The notes under the pieces were generated by a model. It ran no database searches. It saw only the letters and a program-made list of their open reading frames with translations, and was not told the origin of the DNA. Shown in pieces: positions 1-9,038 of a stretch of 64,000 nucleotides of DNA (position 1 is the stretch's first letter; every line of letters begins with the position of its first letter). Source of the DNA: a virus. Its lineage: Duplodnaviria > Caudoviricetes. The DNA lies in the IMG/VR virus record IMGVR_UViG_3300013383_000017, positions 77,887 to 141,886 of that record. One strand, 5' to 3'. The position numbers and the translations under genes are program-made.

Positions 1-636
1 TATATAGAGCCTATTCAGTTAAGGTATGTTGATTATAATCCAGTAGAATTTAATGAAGAAAAACAATATACAAAAGGCACTATTTTATTTTATGATAATA
101 AATTATGGAAATTATTACAAAATAAAGATATTGGAGAATGGGATAATACTATAGTAGAGGAAGCAGAAATAGATAATAAAGATGTAGTATATTATAGATA
201 TAGTACTGATACTTTCCACATGAGTACTAATAAAGTAAATAGTGTCCCATTTACTTATAAAATACAGGGAGAGTGCCTTATAACCACAGAACAAGATTGT
301 ATGGTAGAATTATCTTATTATGCTATTGAAGTTGATAAGTGTGGGTTACCTGTTATACCTGATAATTCTAAGTTTATTAGAGCATTAGAAAACTATATAA
401 AAGTACAATATTTTACAATACAGTTTGAATTAGGTAATTTACCACCTGCAGTTTTACAACACGCTGAACAGGAATATTGCTGGGCTGTAGGAGCTTGTGA
501 GAGTGATTTACATTCTATATCTTTAGATAAATTAGAAAGTATTGCTAATATGGCTAAATCCTTAATACCAAGAGATTTTGAACATCATTCTGGTTATGCA
601 AATGCTGGAAATAAAGAACTTTTAAAAATACAATAA
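1..636 (+). CDS. Tail tubular/ring protein of crAss-like phage, 5'-truncated by the window edge
   Basis: Frame is open from base 1 (YIEPIQLRY...) into the listed ORF 220..636. Lies directly upstream of the muzzle/stabilization gene; C-terminus (PVIPDN..FIRALENYIK..YCWAVGAC) resembles crAss ring proteins. Confidence 0.65.
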   Translation, partial: YIEPIQLRYVDYNPVEFNEEKQYTKGTILFYDNKLWKLLQNKDIGEWDNTIVEEAEIDNKDVVYYRYSTDTFHMSTNKVNSVPFTYKIQGECLITTEQDCMVELSYYAIEVDKCGLPVIPDNSKFIRALENYIKVQYFTIQFELGNLPPAVLQHAEQEYCWAVGACESDLHSISLDKLESIANMAKSLIPRDFEHHSGYANAGNKELLKIQ

Positions 637-637
637 T

Positions 638-3600
638 ATGAAGTTAGATGTAGTAGAATGCGGAAATTTAGGAATGTCCCAAGATTTATCTATTAGTAAA
701 GCAGATAATAAATTAGCTTTTGAGAATAGAAATATAAGAATAACAGCTGTAAATGATAATACTTTATTAAGTATTACAAATGAGAAAGGACCATCTGAAG
801 TAGAAGGTTCTACATCTATAGAAGGATGTTATAAAGCACATTGTATAATAGATGATACATTGGTACTATTTACATCTAAAACAGCTGTACCTCTATTAAA
901 GTTTTCTGATTATATATATGTAATAAAATTAAGTAAAACAGGGGATACAATGACTGTTAAATTATTGTATTCTGGCAATCTTAAGTTAGGGGATAATATT
1001 GATACAATAGGATATTATGAAGCTTATGATGTAAGAAAAGTATATTGGGTAGATGGTGTAAATTCTCCTAGAGTTATTAATATAGATAAGGAATATACTA
1101 ATAATGAATCATTAGATTTTATGCCTGTTCTACATAACTTTTCTACAATTAAAGTTGAAAAAGACTTTAATGGTGAGGGTATTTTTGAAGCAGGTACTAT
1201 TCAATATGCTATTACTTACTATAATAAATATGGGGCAGAAACTGCTATTTCTAATATAACACCTTTAATATATATTACAGAAGAAAATAATGGATTAGAT
1301 ATAAATAATAAAACTTCTTGTAATTTTAATATTACTATTACCAATATTGATACATCTTTTGAATATATGAGAGTATATTCAATAAAAAGGACAACTCTCA
1401 ATGGTCCATTTACTGTAAATATAGTTAAGGATGTACCAGTAGTATCTTCAACAATATCTATTATAGATAATAATACTAATCAAGAAAGTATTGACCCTAA
1501 TTTATTATATTATATAGGAGGTAATGATTTTATAGCTAAAACTATTAGTCATAAAGATAATACTCTTTTTGTGGGTAATATAACTACTAAGGGAACAATA
1601 GTAAATGATGATATTGAGGATGATATTAAAAATAATTGGTATACAGATATAAAAGATAAAGATGGTAATATAACATACAGAGAATGCAATGTTATATCAG
1701 AAATATACAAAACAGTTAATACTGGAAATTATAAAAATACTGATGCTTATTATGTAAAAGATACATCTTTTATAAATAACAATATAAAAGGTTTTAAAAG
1801 CTCTGAAATTTATAGATTTGCTATACAGTTTCAAAGTGAGAAAGGACAGTGGTCGGCTCCTATTTATATAGGAGATAAAAAACAAACTAAGTTCCCTAAA
1901 ACAAGTCTTGTAAACTATAATGTAGTAAACCATATTCCTGTCTTTGAGTTTAATAATTCTATATTTTTTGAAAATGTACTTACTAAGCAATTAAAAGATA
2001 TTTACAAAGATATTAGAGCTTTTAGAGTTTTAAGAGCAGAAACAACTTATGAAAATAGAAGTGTTTTAGCACAGGGAATAATTAGTCCTACTATATTTAA
2101 TTATAAGCAAAGATGTGATAATGCTCCTTATGTAATATCTTCTCCTATAATGAGAGATAATACTAATAGAAACTGGTGTAACTTAGCAAATGAAATAAGA
2201 GGCACTAAATATAATAGTATAGCACAAAATGAAACTAATACAGATATTAAAAAAGACTCATATGCTATAATTCTTATTTTTGAAGAATGTGTTGATTATA
2301 TCTGCAAAAAATTAAAATGTTCTATAAATGCTACAAAAACTAATAATACAGATTATGGTGTTATATTACATACTTTTGCTATAGATAATGATAAATATAA
2401 TAATACCGAGCTTGTAACAAATATAAATAATATATTAACTAGTTATAATTGTGCTAAAGTAATAACAGAAGCAGAGATAATAAATCTTATTAAATATTTA
2501 AATAATGAAATAGAAAGTGCACCTAGTGGTTGGATAAAGTATTCTAAATATTCATATTCTTGTGAGTATATTATTAATGATACAATACCAGAAAAATGTA
2601 TAGATAGCAGTAATTATCAAAATAAGCAAAGTGAATTTTTTGTAGATACTTCTATTATTACATTTCATTCTCCAGAATTAGATAAGGAAGAATTATCTAT
2701 AAATGATGATGTTAAATTTAGATTAGTAGGTATAGCTCCTATAACAGCAAATAAAGCAGATGTATCATTAAATGTAGAAAATCCAATGTCTTCTTTAGGT
2801 GGATTATTTAAGGATAATATATATAAATATAACTATCCTAATATCTCAAAAAATGTTAAACCACTAACAAAAGATAGATTGTATATTGATGCTTCTTGGA
2901 ATTATAGTAGTGACAAAAAAAGTTTTTATCCAGATAGCAGTATAACTAAAGCATATAATGTATTTATGTGGGATAAGACAGGTTCTCTTATAGGACAAAC
3001 AGATGGCACTATAAAAAATAGTAGTGGTGATAGCTGGGGAGAAGAAAAGAAATCTATTATAAAAAATAAAATATTTGCTAATAAAAGATTTTCTTTATAT
3101 ACTAAATATCTTAATATAAAAGAAGATATTAATATTACAAATGTACAAACATTTAATTCAGAAAGTATAGATGCTAAAAGACTTAATATACTAAATAAGG
3201 ATATTTATTATTATGGTAATTATGATTTTCTTAATACTTATTTAGATTCTTATTCTGTAGATGGCACATATACTAATGAAATAAAGAGTTATGCTCCTGT
3301 AAGAATTAAATATAAATCTACTCCACATGCTGTATTTGGGTTATTAAATAGTGATAAGACTAAGATGCTTAAACTTCCTTATATAATAGGAGAAGCACCT
3401 GCTTCTGAATACTCTGAGGTTAATAAAAAATATTTATGGCTCTCTAATATATTTGGTAGTCAAGATTTATATAGTACCGATTCTATAAATCAATCTAATA
3501 TAGAATATCCAGATAGTAATTATTTATTTATTGGAGAATTATATAGAGATATAAACTATAGTTCCTTATATGGTGGATTAGAGGATACTTCTTTGCAGAA

Positions 3601-4996
3601 ATTAAGATGGTTACCTGCTAGTGAGATTTATAATATTTATACACCTTATATATCTACAATCTATATATATGGTGATACTTTTTATGAAAGGTATGATTGT
3701 TTAAAGACTTATCCTTTTTCAGAAGAGGAACAAAACAGTGTAGTAGATGTTACATCTGTAATGCTAGAAACACATATAAATACTGCGGCAACCTATAATA
3801 CTGCAAAAGATAGTCTTACTAATATAAGACCTACATCATTAAAATTAAATACAATATATAATCAAGAAGATAATGTTTTTGTATATTCAATACTAGATAA
3901 TAAATATAAAAATATAAATTATCCTAATCAAATTATTTGGAGTTTACAAAAAACAACTAAAGAAAATATAGATAATTGGACTAATATTACTCTTACTTCT
4001 TCTTTAGATTTAGATGGTACAAAAGGTAATGTAACGAAACTAATAACATATCAAGATAAACTATTAGCCTTTCAGCCAAAAGCCATATCTTCTATAAACT
4101 ATAATAATAGAACAGCATTATCTACAGTAGAAGGTGTTCCTATTGAGATAGTTAATAGTGGTTTAGTTAATGGCTATACTATTATTTCTGATAGTATAGG
4201 ACTTTCTAATATAAAAGAAATAGTAAAAGCATCTTCTGGTATATATTTTATAGATATTATAAATAAGCAAGTTTATTGTTTAAACAATAATGGTTTAAGT
4301 ACTATTACCTCTAAAGGGTTGGAACAATGGTTTAAAGAGCAGTGCTCTTATAATAGTATAAAAGATACTAAAAAGAAAGCTTTTACTGTATGCTATGATT
4401 ACCTAACTAAAGATGTATACTTTATAAACTATAATCATTGTATAACTTATAATGAAGTATTACAACAGTTTACATCTTTTATGCCCTATTCAAATATTTC
4501 AGCATTATTTAATATATTAGGTTATTCCTATTTTATTAGTAATAATATATCTATTATGAAACTATTTAAAATGTTTGGTGGTGATTATAATAAAGATAAA
4601 AATGGTCAATTTATACCTTACTCCATTACATATAGGATAAATCCTAATAATATAGATAATGTATTTACTAATATAGAATTTACTGCTGATTTATTAAAGA
4701 GTGACTATACTATAGATTCTAAACCTAATAATAGTTTATTATCTAGTGTTCCTTTTGATAAACTTACTGTGTGGAATGAATATCAATATGGAGAATCTAA
4801 TATTACACCTAATTATGGTGTATCTAATATAAAACAAAAGTATAGAAGGTGGAGATTAGATATTCCTAGAGATAGTAATTCTAAATATAAAATAGATAGA
4901 ATTAGAAATCCTTGGTGTTATATTAAATTAGAGAAAACACCAACAGATTCTAATAAGTTAATTTTTCATAATTTATTAGTGAAATATTATAAATAA
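638..4996 (+). CDS. Tail stabilization (muzzle) protein, P22 gp10-like, crAss-type
   Basis: 1452 aa; GMSQDLS..FENRNIRI N-terminus, VYWVDGVNSPRVINI, YGDTFYERYDCLKTYP and RIRNPWCYIKL C-terminus are characteristic of crAss muzzle proteins. Confidence 0.8.
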   Translation: MKLDVVECGNLGMSQDLSISKADNKLAFENRNIRITAVNDNTLLSITNEKGPSEVEGSTSIEGCYKAHCIIDDTLVLFTSKTAVPLLKFSDYIYVIKLSKTGDTMTVKLLYSGNLKLGDNIDTIGYYEAYDVRKVYWVDGVNSPRVINIDKEYTNNESLDFMPVLHNFSTIKVEKDFNGEGIFEAGTIQYAITYYNKYGAETAISNITPLIYITEENNGLDINNKTSCNFNITITNIDTSFEYMRVYSIKRTTLNGPFTVNIVKDVPVVSSTISIIDNNTNQESIDPNLLYYIGGNDFIAKTISHKDNTLFVGNITTKGTIVNDDIEDDIKNNWYTDIKDKDGNITYRECNVISEIYKTVNTGNYKNTDAYYVKDTSFINNNIKGFKSSEIYRFAIQFQSEKGQWSAPIYIGDKKQTKFPKTSLVNYNVVNHIPVFEFNNSIFFENVLTKQLKDIYKDIRAFRVLRAETTYENRSVLAQGIISPTIFNYKQRCDNAPYVISSPIMRDNTNRNWCNLANEIRGTKYNSIAQNETNTDIKKDSYAIILIFEECVDYICKKLKCSINATKTNNTDYGVILHTFAIDNDKYNNTELVTNINNILTSYNCAKVITEAEIINLIKYLNNEIESAPSGWIKYSKYSYSCEYIINDTIPEKCIDSSNYQNKQSEFFVDTSIITFHSPELDKEELSINDDVKFRLVGIAPITANKADVSLNVENPMSSLGGLFKDNIYKYNYPNISKNVKPLTKDRLYIDASWNYSSDKKSFYPDSSITKAYNVFMWDKTGSLIGQTDGTIKNSSGDSWGEEKKSIIKNKIFANKRFSLYTKYLNIKEDINITNVQTFNSESIDAKRLNILNKDIYYYGNYDFLNTYLDSYSVDGTYTNEIKSYAPVRIKYKSTPHAVFGLLNSDKTKMLKLPYIIGEAPASEYSEVNKKYLWLSNIFGSQDLYSTDSINQSNIEYPDSNYLFIGELYRDINYSSLYGGLEDTSLQKLRWLPASEIYNIYTPYISTIYIYGDTFYERYDCLKTYPFSEEEQNSVVDVTSVMLETHINTAATYNTAKDSLTNIRPTSLKLNTIYNQEDNVFVYSILDNKYKNINYPNQIIWSLQKTTKENIDNWTNITLTSSLDLDGTKGNVTKLITYQDKLLAFQPKAISSINYNNRTALSTVEGVPIEIVNSGLVNGYTIISDSIGLSNIKEIVKASSGIYFIDIINKQVYCLNNNGLSTITSKGLEQWFKEQCSYNSIKDTKKKAFTVCYDYLTKDVYFINYNHCITYNEVLQQFTSFMPYSNISALFNILGYSYFISNNISIMKLFKMFGGDYNKDKNGQFIPYSITYRINPNNIDNVFTNIEFTADLLKSDYTIDSKPNNSLLSSVPFDKLTVWNEYQYGESNITPNYGVSNIKQKYRRWRLDIPRDSNSKYKIDRIRNPWCYIKLEKTPTDSNKLIFHNLLVKYYK

Positions 4997-5040
4997 AATT
5001 AAAGGGGAGTAAAAGCTAAATTTTACTTCCCTTAATTTTT
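4997..5040 (+). terminator. Rho-independent terminator after the muzzle gene
   Basis: AAGGGGAGTAAAA-gctaaa-TTTTACTTCCCTT hairpin followed by AATTTTT. Confidence 0.75.
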
Positions 5041-5051
5041 ACTTAAAAGTG

Positions 5052-5082
5052 TTGTGTAGTATAAATATTTTTACTATATTAG
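5052..5082 (+). promoter_or_regulatory. Putative promoter TTG-N20-TATATTAG for the + strand cargo operon
   Basis: Same motif and spacing recur on the - strand upstream of the RNAP gene (28020-28050); resembles the Bacteroidetes -33/-7 layout. Confidence 0.55.
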
Positions 5083-5108
5083 TAAATTGAATTATAAATA
5101 ATAATAAA

Positions 5109-6848
5109 ATGGACGCAAATACATTACAGGGAATAATAAATTTAGTAGGCATGTCTGCAGGTAATCTTGATTCTAGTGGGCTTACTAAAGATAAAACTAA
5201 ATATTCAAATGAGATACAATTAAATAATCATTTTTCTTCTACTAATGATTATGACTCACTTACTAATAATTTTAGTAATTTAAAATTAAATACTAATAAT
5301 TATACACAGTCAGATTTATGGAACTCAAATAATTGGAAATCTGCAGCTAATATGTTTAAAGATGCTACTACAGGAGCATTGTCAGGTGCTGCAGCTGGTC
5401 CAGTAGGTGCTATAGTTGGTGCTGTTGCTGGGTTAGGTACAGGTGCTTATAAATGGATAAAAGGAGCAACAGATGCTAAAAATAAAGCAGATGAACTAAA
5501 TAAAGAACAGAATGAAGCTAAAAATGCTGCATTGTATAGTGCACAAAATAATGCCTTCAATATATCTAATGATACTTTTAATAAAGCAGTTATGGGAATA
5601 AAGAAAAATGGAGGTAGTTTAAATACCTATGATTTATATAAATTAAGCACATTAACTCCCTATAAAATTAAAGATAAGAAACTACAATATAGAGGATATG
5701 GCAATATAAATGCTTTTGGGGGTGACCTTAATCAGTCTGGTGATTGGAGTAATAATGTAAAAATTATATCAGAAGGGGGTACTCACGAAGAAAATAAATA
5801 TGGAGGAGTACCACTAGGAGTTAGTATAGATGGTGTTCCTAATTTAGTAGAAGAGGGGGAAGTAGTCTTCAATGACTATGTATTTAGTAATAGGTTATTT
5901 CCATCAAAAGGACAGCTAGAAAGCATTAAACTTCCTAGAAAATACAATGGTAAAACTTATGCTGAGATAGCAAAAGATATGCAGAAAGAATCAGCAGAGA
6001 TGCCTAATGACCCGATTGCTAAAAATAGTTTATTAGATAATATGGGAAAACTGATGGCTATTCAAGAAGAAACAAGAGAACTAGAAAGTGCTAAAAATTT
6101 TAATAATGCTATTAATAAAGATATAAATGTTTTTAAGGGTGGTGGTAAAACTAATACTGATAAAACTAATACTGATAAAACTAATACTGATTGGCTGAGA
6201 TATGCAAGTGTTATAGGCTCTGCTGGTCAAGTATTATCAGATACTTTTAATCTTACTAATCAATATGATTATAGTAATGCTGATTATATAAAACAAGGTA
6301 TTAACAACATAAAAGATTACTCCTATACTCCTGTTAATGGACATATTGATTATACCCCAATAGACTTATCTTATTTGGATAGCAAGATATTAAATACTGG
6401 TTTAAGTAGTCAAAGAGCAGTACAAAATAGTTCTTCTAATAATGGGGCAGCTATTACTAATTTACTTGCTTTAAATAATAATATAACTCAACAAAGGGGT
6501 GATAATTATTTTAAGACAAGACAATACAATGAAGAATTAAGAAATAAATCTACTCAGTTTAATACTAATATACAACAAATAAATAGTCAATTACAAGCTC
6601 AAACAAATCAATTAAATGCTCAGTCTGCTGCTCAAAGATTGCAAGGATTAAGTAATTATGCACAATTTAGAGATAGCATTGATACTGCTGTTTCTTCGGC
6701 TCGTTCTGCTAACTGGAATAATCTAATACAGAATTTAAATAATATAGGAAGAGAAAAAGAAGAAGGTAATTTAATTATAGAGTTTTTAAAAAATAATGGT
6801 TTGTATGAGCAATATATGGATTATATAAATAATACAAAAAATAAATAA
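5109..6848 (+). CDS. Virion cargo/ejection protein 1
   Basis: 579 aa; Gly/Ala-rich hydrophobic stretch (GALSGAAAGPVGAIVGAVAGLG), GGTHEENKYGGV and VEEGEV..DYVFSNRL motifs; position right after the muzzle gene. Confidence 0.7.
   Translation: MDANTLQGIINLVGMSAGNLDSSGLTKDKTKYSNEIQLNNHFSSTNDYDSLTNNFSNLKLNTNNYTQSDLWNSNNWKSAANMFKDATTGALSGAAAGPVGAIVGAVAGLGTGAYKWIKGATDAKNKADELNKEQNEAKNAALYSAQNNAFNISNDTFNKAVMGIKKNGGSLNTYDLYKLSTLTPYKIKDKKLQYRGYGNINAFGGDLNQSGDWSNNVKIISEGGTHEENKYGGVPLGVSIDGVPNLVEEGEVVFNDYVFSNRLFPSKGQLESIKLPRKYNGKTYAEIAKDMQKESAEMPNDPIAKNSLLDNMGKLMAIQEETRELESAKNFNNAINKDINVFKGGGKTNTDKTNTDKTNTDWLRYASVIGSAGQVLSDTFNLTNQYDYSNADYIKQGINNIKDYSYTPVNGHIDYTPIDLSYLDSKILNTGLSSQRAVQNSSSNNGAAITNLLALNNNITQQRGDNYFKTRQYNEELRNKSTQFNTNIQQINSQLQAQTNQLNAQSAAQRLQGLSNYAQFRDSIDTAVSSARSANWNNLIQNLNNIGREKEEGNLIIEFLKNNGLYEQYMDYINNTKNK
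6147..6191 (+). repeat. Perfect 15-bp tandem repeat x3 (AAAACTAATACTGAT) encoding KTNTD x3
   Basis: Read directly from the sequence. Confidence 0.9.
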
Positions 6849-6855
6849 TATAAGT

Positions 6856-9036
6856 ATGCCAAGAATATCAATGAATACTACCGTGTTTAATCCTATTGAT
6901 TTTGAAAAGAGAATTAAACCAGTAGAAGCATATATAAATACATACAATAATGAATCTAAGACTTTAGATACATTAAGTATGGCTGGAGATAATATAGCTT
7001 CTTTAATAACAAATACTGAAGAAGATAAAGAACTCCAAAGTAAATATAATAATTATGATACTGGTCTAACTAATGCAGTTAAGCAATTAGAATCTGGAGA
7101 TATTAGTTCTGCTATGAATAGCATAAGAAGTTTATCACGGCAGTATTATAAAGATTTAGACCCAATAAAAACTGCTGCAGCTGCTAGATTACAAGATATA
7201 CAGAATTATCAAAAAGAAAAAGCAAAAGGTGATTATATAGGTAATGATCCGTCTCTAAGAGGTATATCTTCTTATATGAATGGTAATGCCCCTAATAATT
7301 TCTATATACATGGTAATGATTTATACAAAGCAGCAATGCAAGGTATGTCATCAGCATCTGCTAGAAACAAAACTATAAGTGATTGGGGGTTAGATGAAGA
7401 CCTTTTAAATCTGTATTTTATAAGGGGAGCAGCTACTGGTTTTTCTGATAAAGATGTTAATGATATATGGGATAGTATATCAGAAAATGTTAAACAAGGA
7501 AAAACAAAAAAAGATTTAAAAAAAGATCTCACTGCTTTAGAAGCTGATGTTTTAGATGTTGCTCATAGTGTATATGATAGGTATATTGGAAATGCTTTTA
7601 ATGATGATAAGTATTCTAGGGAGCAAGCGTATAATTATATATTATCAGGAGCTAAAGATGGTATAGGATTTGATTATAAAGAGGAACGGTTAAATAATAC
7701 ACTACTTACCGCAAAAACACCTAAAAAAGAAAATAAGAAAGATGATAGTGCAAAAATAACTAGTTATGCTTATGCTAATAGAGTACCAGATGATAAAGAA
7801 ATAAAAGAAGAACAGAGAATATTGGGCTATGCTTATACTGATAGTGATGGCAATGTAAAAATAGCAGATAAAAAAATACAAAAAGAAGTAGCAGAAAAAA
7901 ATAAAAAAATAGAAAAACTCTATAAGCAAGGTGTATATAATGATAAAGGAGAAAAAATAGACATACCGTTTGAAGACCTTGATTTTTCTACTTTTGAAGG
8001 TAATAAAAATCTAGATAATACTGCTGTACCTACAAATGCTGGGTATGCAAAAGGGGTTGCTTATAACTATACTATAAAAGATAAAAAAGGAAATAAATAT
8101 AAAATAGGAAATAGTAATAATATGCTTGATGCATTAACTCCTACAACAGAAGAAAAGATAGTAACTAAATATAAACCTATGGAAATAGATGGTGTTGATA
8201 AAGTTGATACATTTAAGTTAGGTGCTGCTATTGAACTTAATAAACATGTAATGAATAATAATATATTAGCATTTGATGATCTTAATAGTTCTGAAAGATC
8301 AACCTTAAAAAGCAAAACAGTAGAATATATTAATAATGTAGGACTACAAGAAAATAATCTTAATAATTCTATTATAGATGGTGATGGTGATAATAGTTAT
8401 GGTTTATTTGATTTTAAAACTGGTAAAAGATTAAATGAAAAAGAAACAGAAAATGTTAGAGCTATAAAACAAGAAGATATTATAAGTGTTGGTCTTGCTA
8501 TGCCTAATAATAATAGTGGTTTTAAAATGGTTGTATCTTATAAAGATAAAGATGGTAAAGCTAAAGATATTTATGTAAAACCTAATAATGTAGCATTCCA
8601 AAAGTATGTACATACAATGGATAGACTGTTAAAAAAGACATCTACATTTAATGACTTATCTATGGAAAGAGCAAAAACAAGTGTTGTTGATAATAAAGCT
8701 GATGTTTTAGAAATTGGTAAAGATATATTATTAGATGACCTTAATAATGGTACTTTTGATGATAATAATATTAGTGAAAATGGTGTAGAAATTGTAGACA
8801 CTACTGATGGTGTAATAAAAGCTATTGTCCCACAGAAAATAAAAATAGGTGAAGATTTTGATTATATTAAAACTTATTATAGTGTAATACCTGATCCAAA
8901 TGATGACACTAATTATATTATTATAGATAGCAAGCCTGTCTTTGGAAAAGACACTGCTTATAATGGGCAAACTTATAATAGTTTTGCTAAGCACTTAGGA
9001 GAAGGATTAATTAATCAGTTATTTAAAATGAAATAA
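6856..9036 (+). CDS. Virion cargo/ejection protein 2 (putative)
   Basis: 726 aa, helical N-terminus (FNPIDFEKRIKP), syntenic with crAss cargo genes. Confidence 0.55.
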   Translation: MPRISMNTTVFNPIDFEKRIKPVEAYINTYNNESKTLDTLSMAGDNIASLITNTEEDKELQSKYNNYDTGLTNAVKQLESGDISSAMNSIRSLSRQYYKDLDPIKTAAAARLQDIQNYQKEKAKGDYIGNDPSLRGISSYMNGNAPNNFYIHGNDLYKAAMQGMSSASARNKTISDWGLDEDLLNLYFIRGAATGFSDKDVNDIWDSISENVKQGKTKKDLKKDLTALEADVLDVAHSVYDRYIGNAFNDDKYSREQAYNYILSGAKDGIGFDYKEERLNNTLLTAKTPKKENKKDDSAKITSYAYANRVPDDKEIKEEQRILGYAYTDSDGNVKIADKKIQKEVAEKNKKIEKLYKQGVYNDKGEKIDIPFEDLDFSTFEGNKNLDNTAVPTNAGYAKGVAYNYTIKDKKGNKYKIGNSNNMLDALTPTTEEKIVTKYKPMEIDGVDKVDTFKLGAAIELNKHVMNNNILAFDDLNSSERSTLKSKTVEYINNVGLQENNLNNSIIDGDGDNSYGLFDFKTGKRLNEKETENVRAIKQEDIISVGLAMPNNNSGFKMVVSYKDKDGKAKDIYVKPNNVAFQKYVHTMDRLLKKTSTFNDLSMERAKTSVVDNKADVLEIGKDILLDDLNNGTFDDNNISENGVEIVDTTDGVIKAIVPQKIKIGEDFDYIKTYYSVIPDPNDDTNYIIIDSKPVFGKDTAYNGQTYNSFAKHLGEGLINQLFKMK

Positions 9037-9038
9037 TT

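Noticed and set aside
6147-6191. Direct repeats as a CRISPR array
   Set aside because: They are contiguous 15-bp coding repeats with no spacers; no CRISPR array or cas genes were seen in the window.
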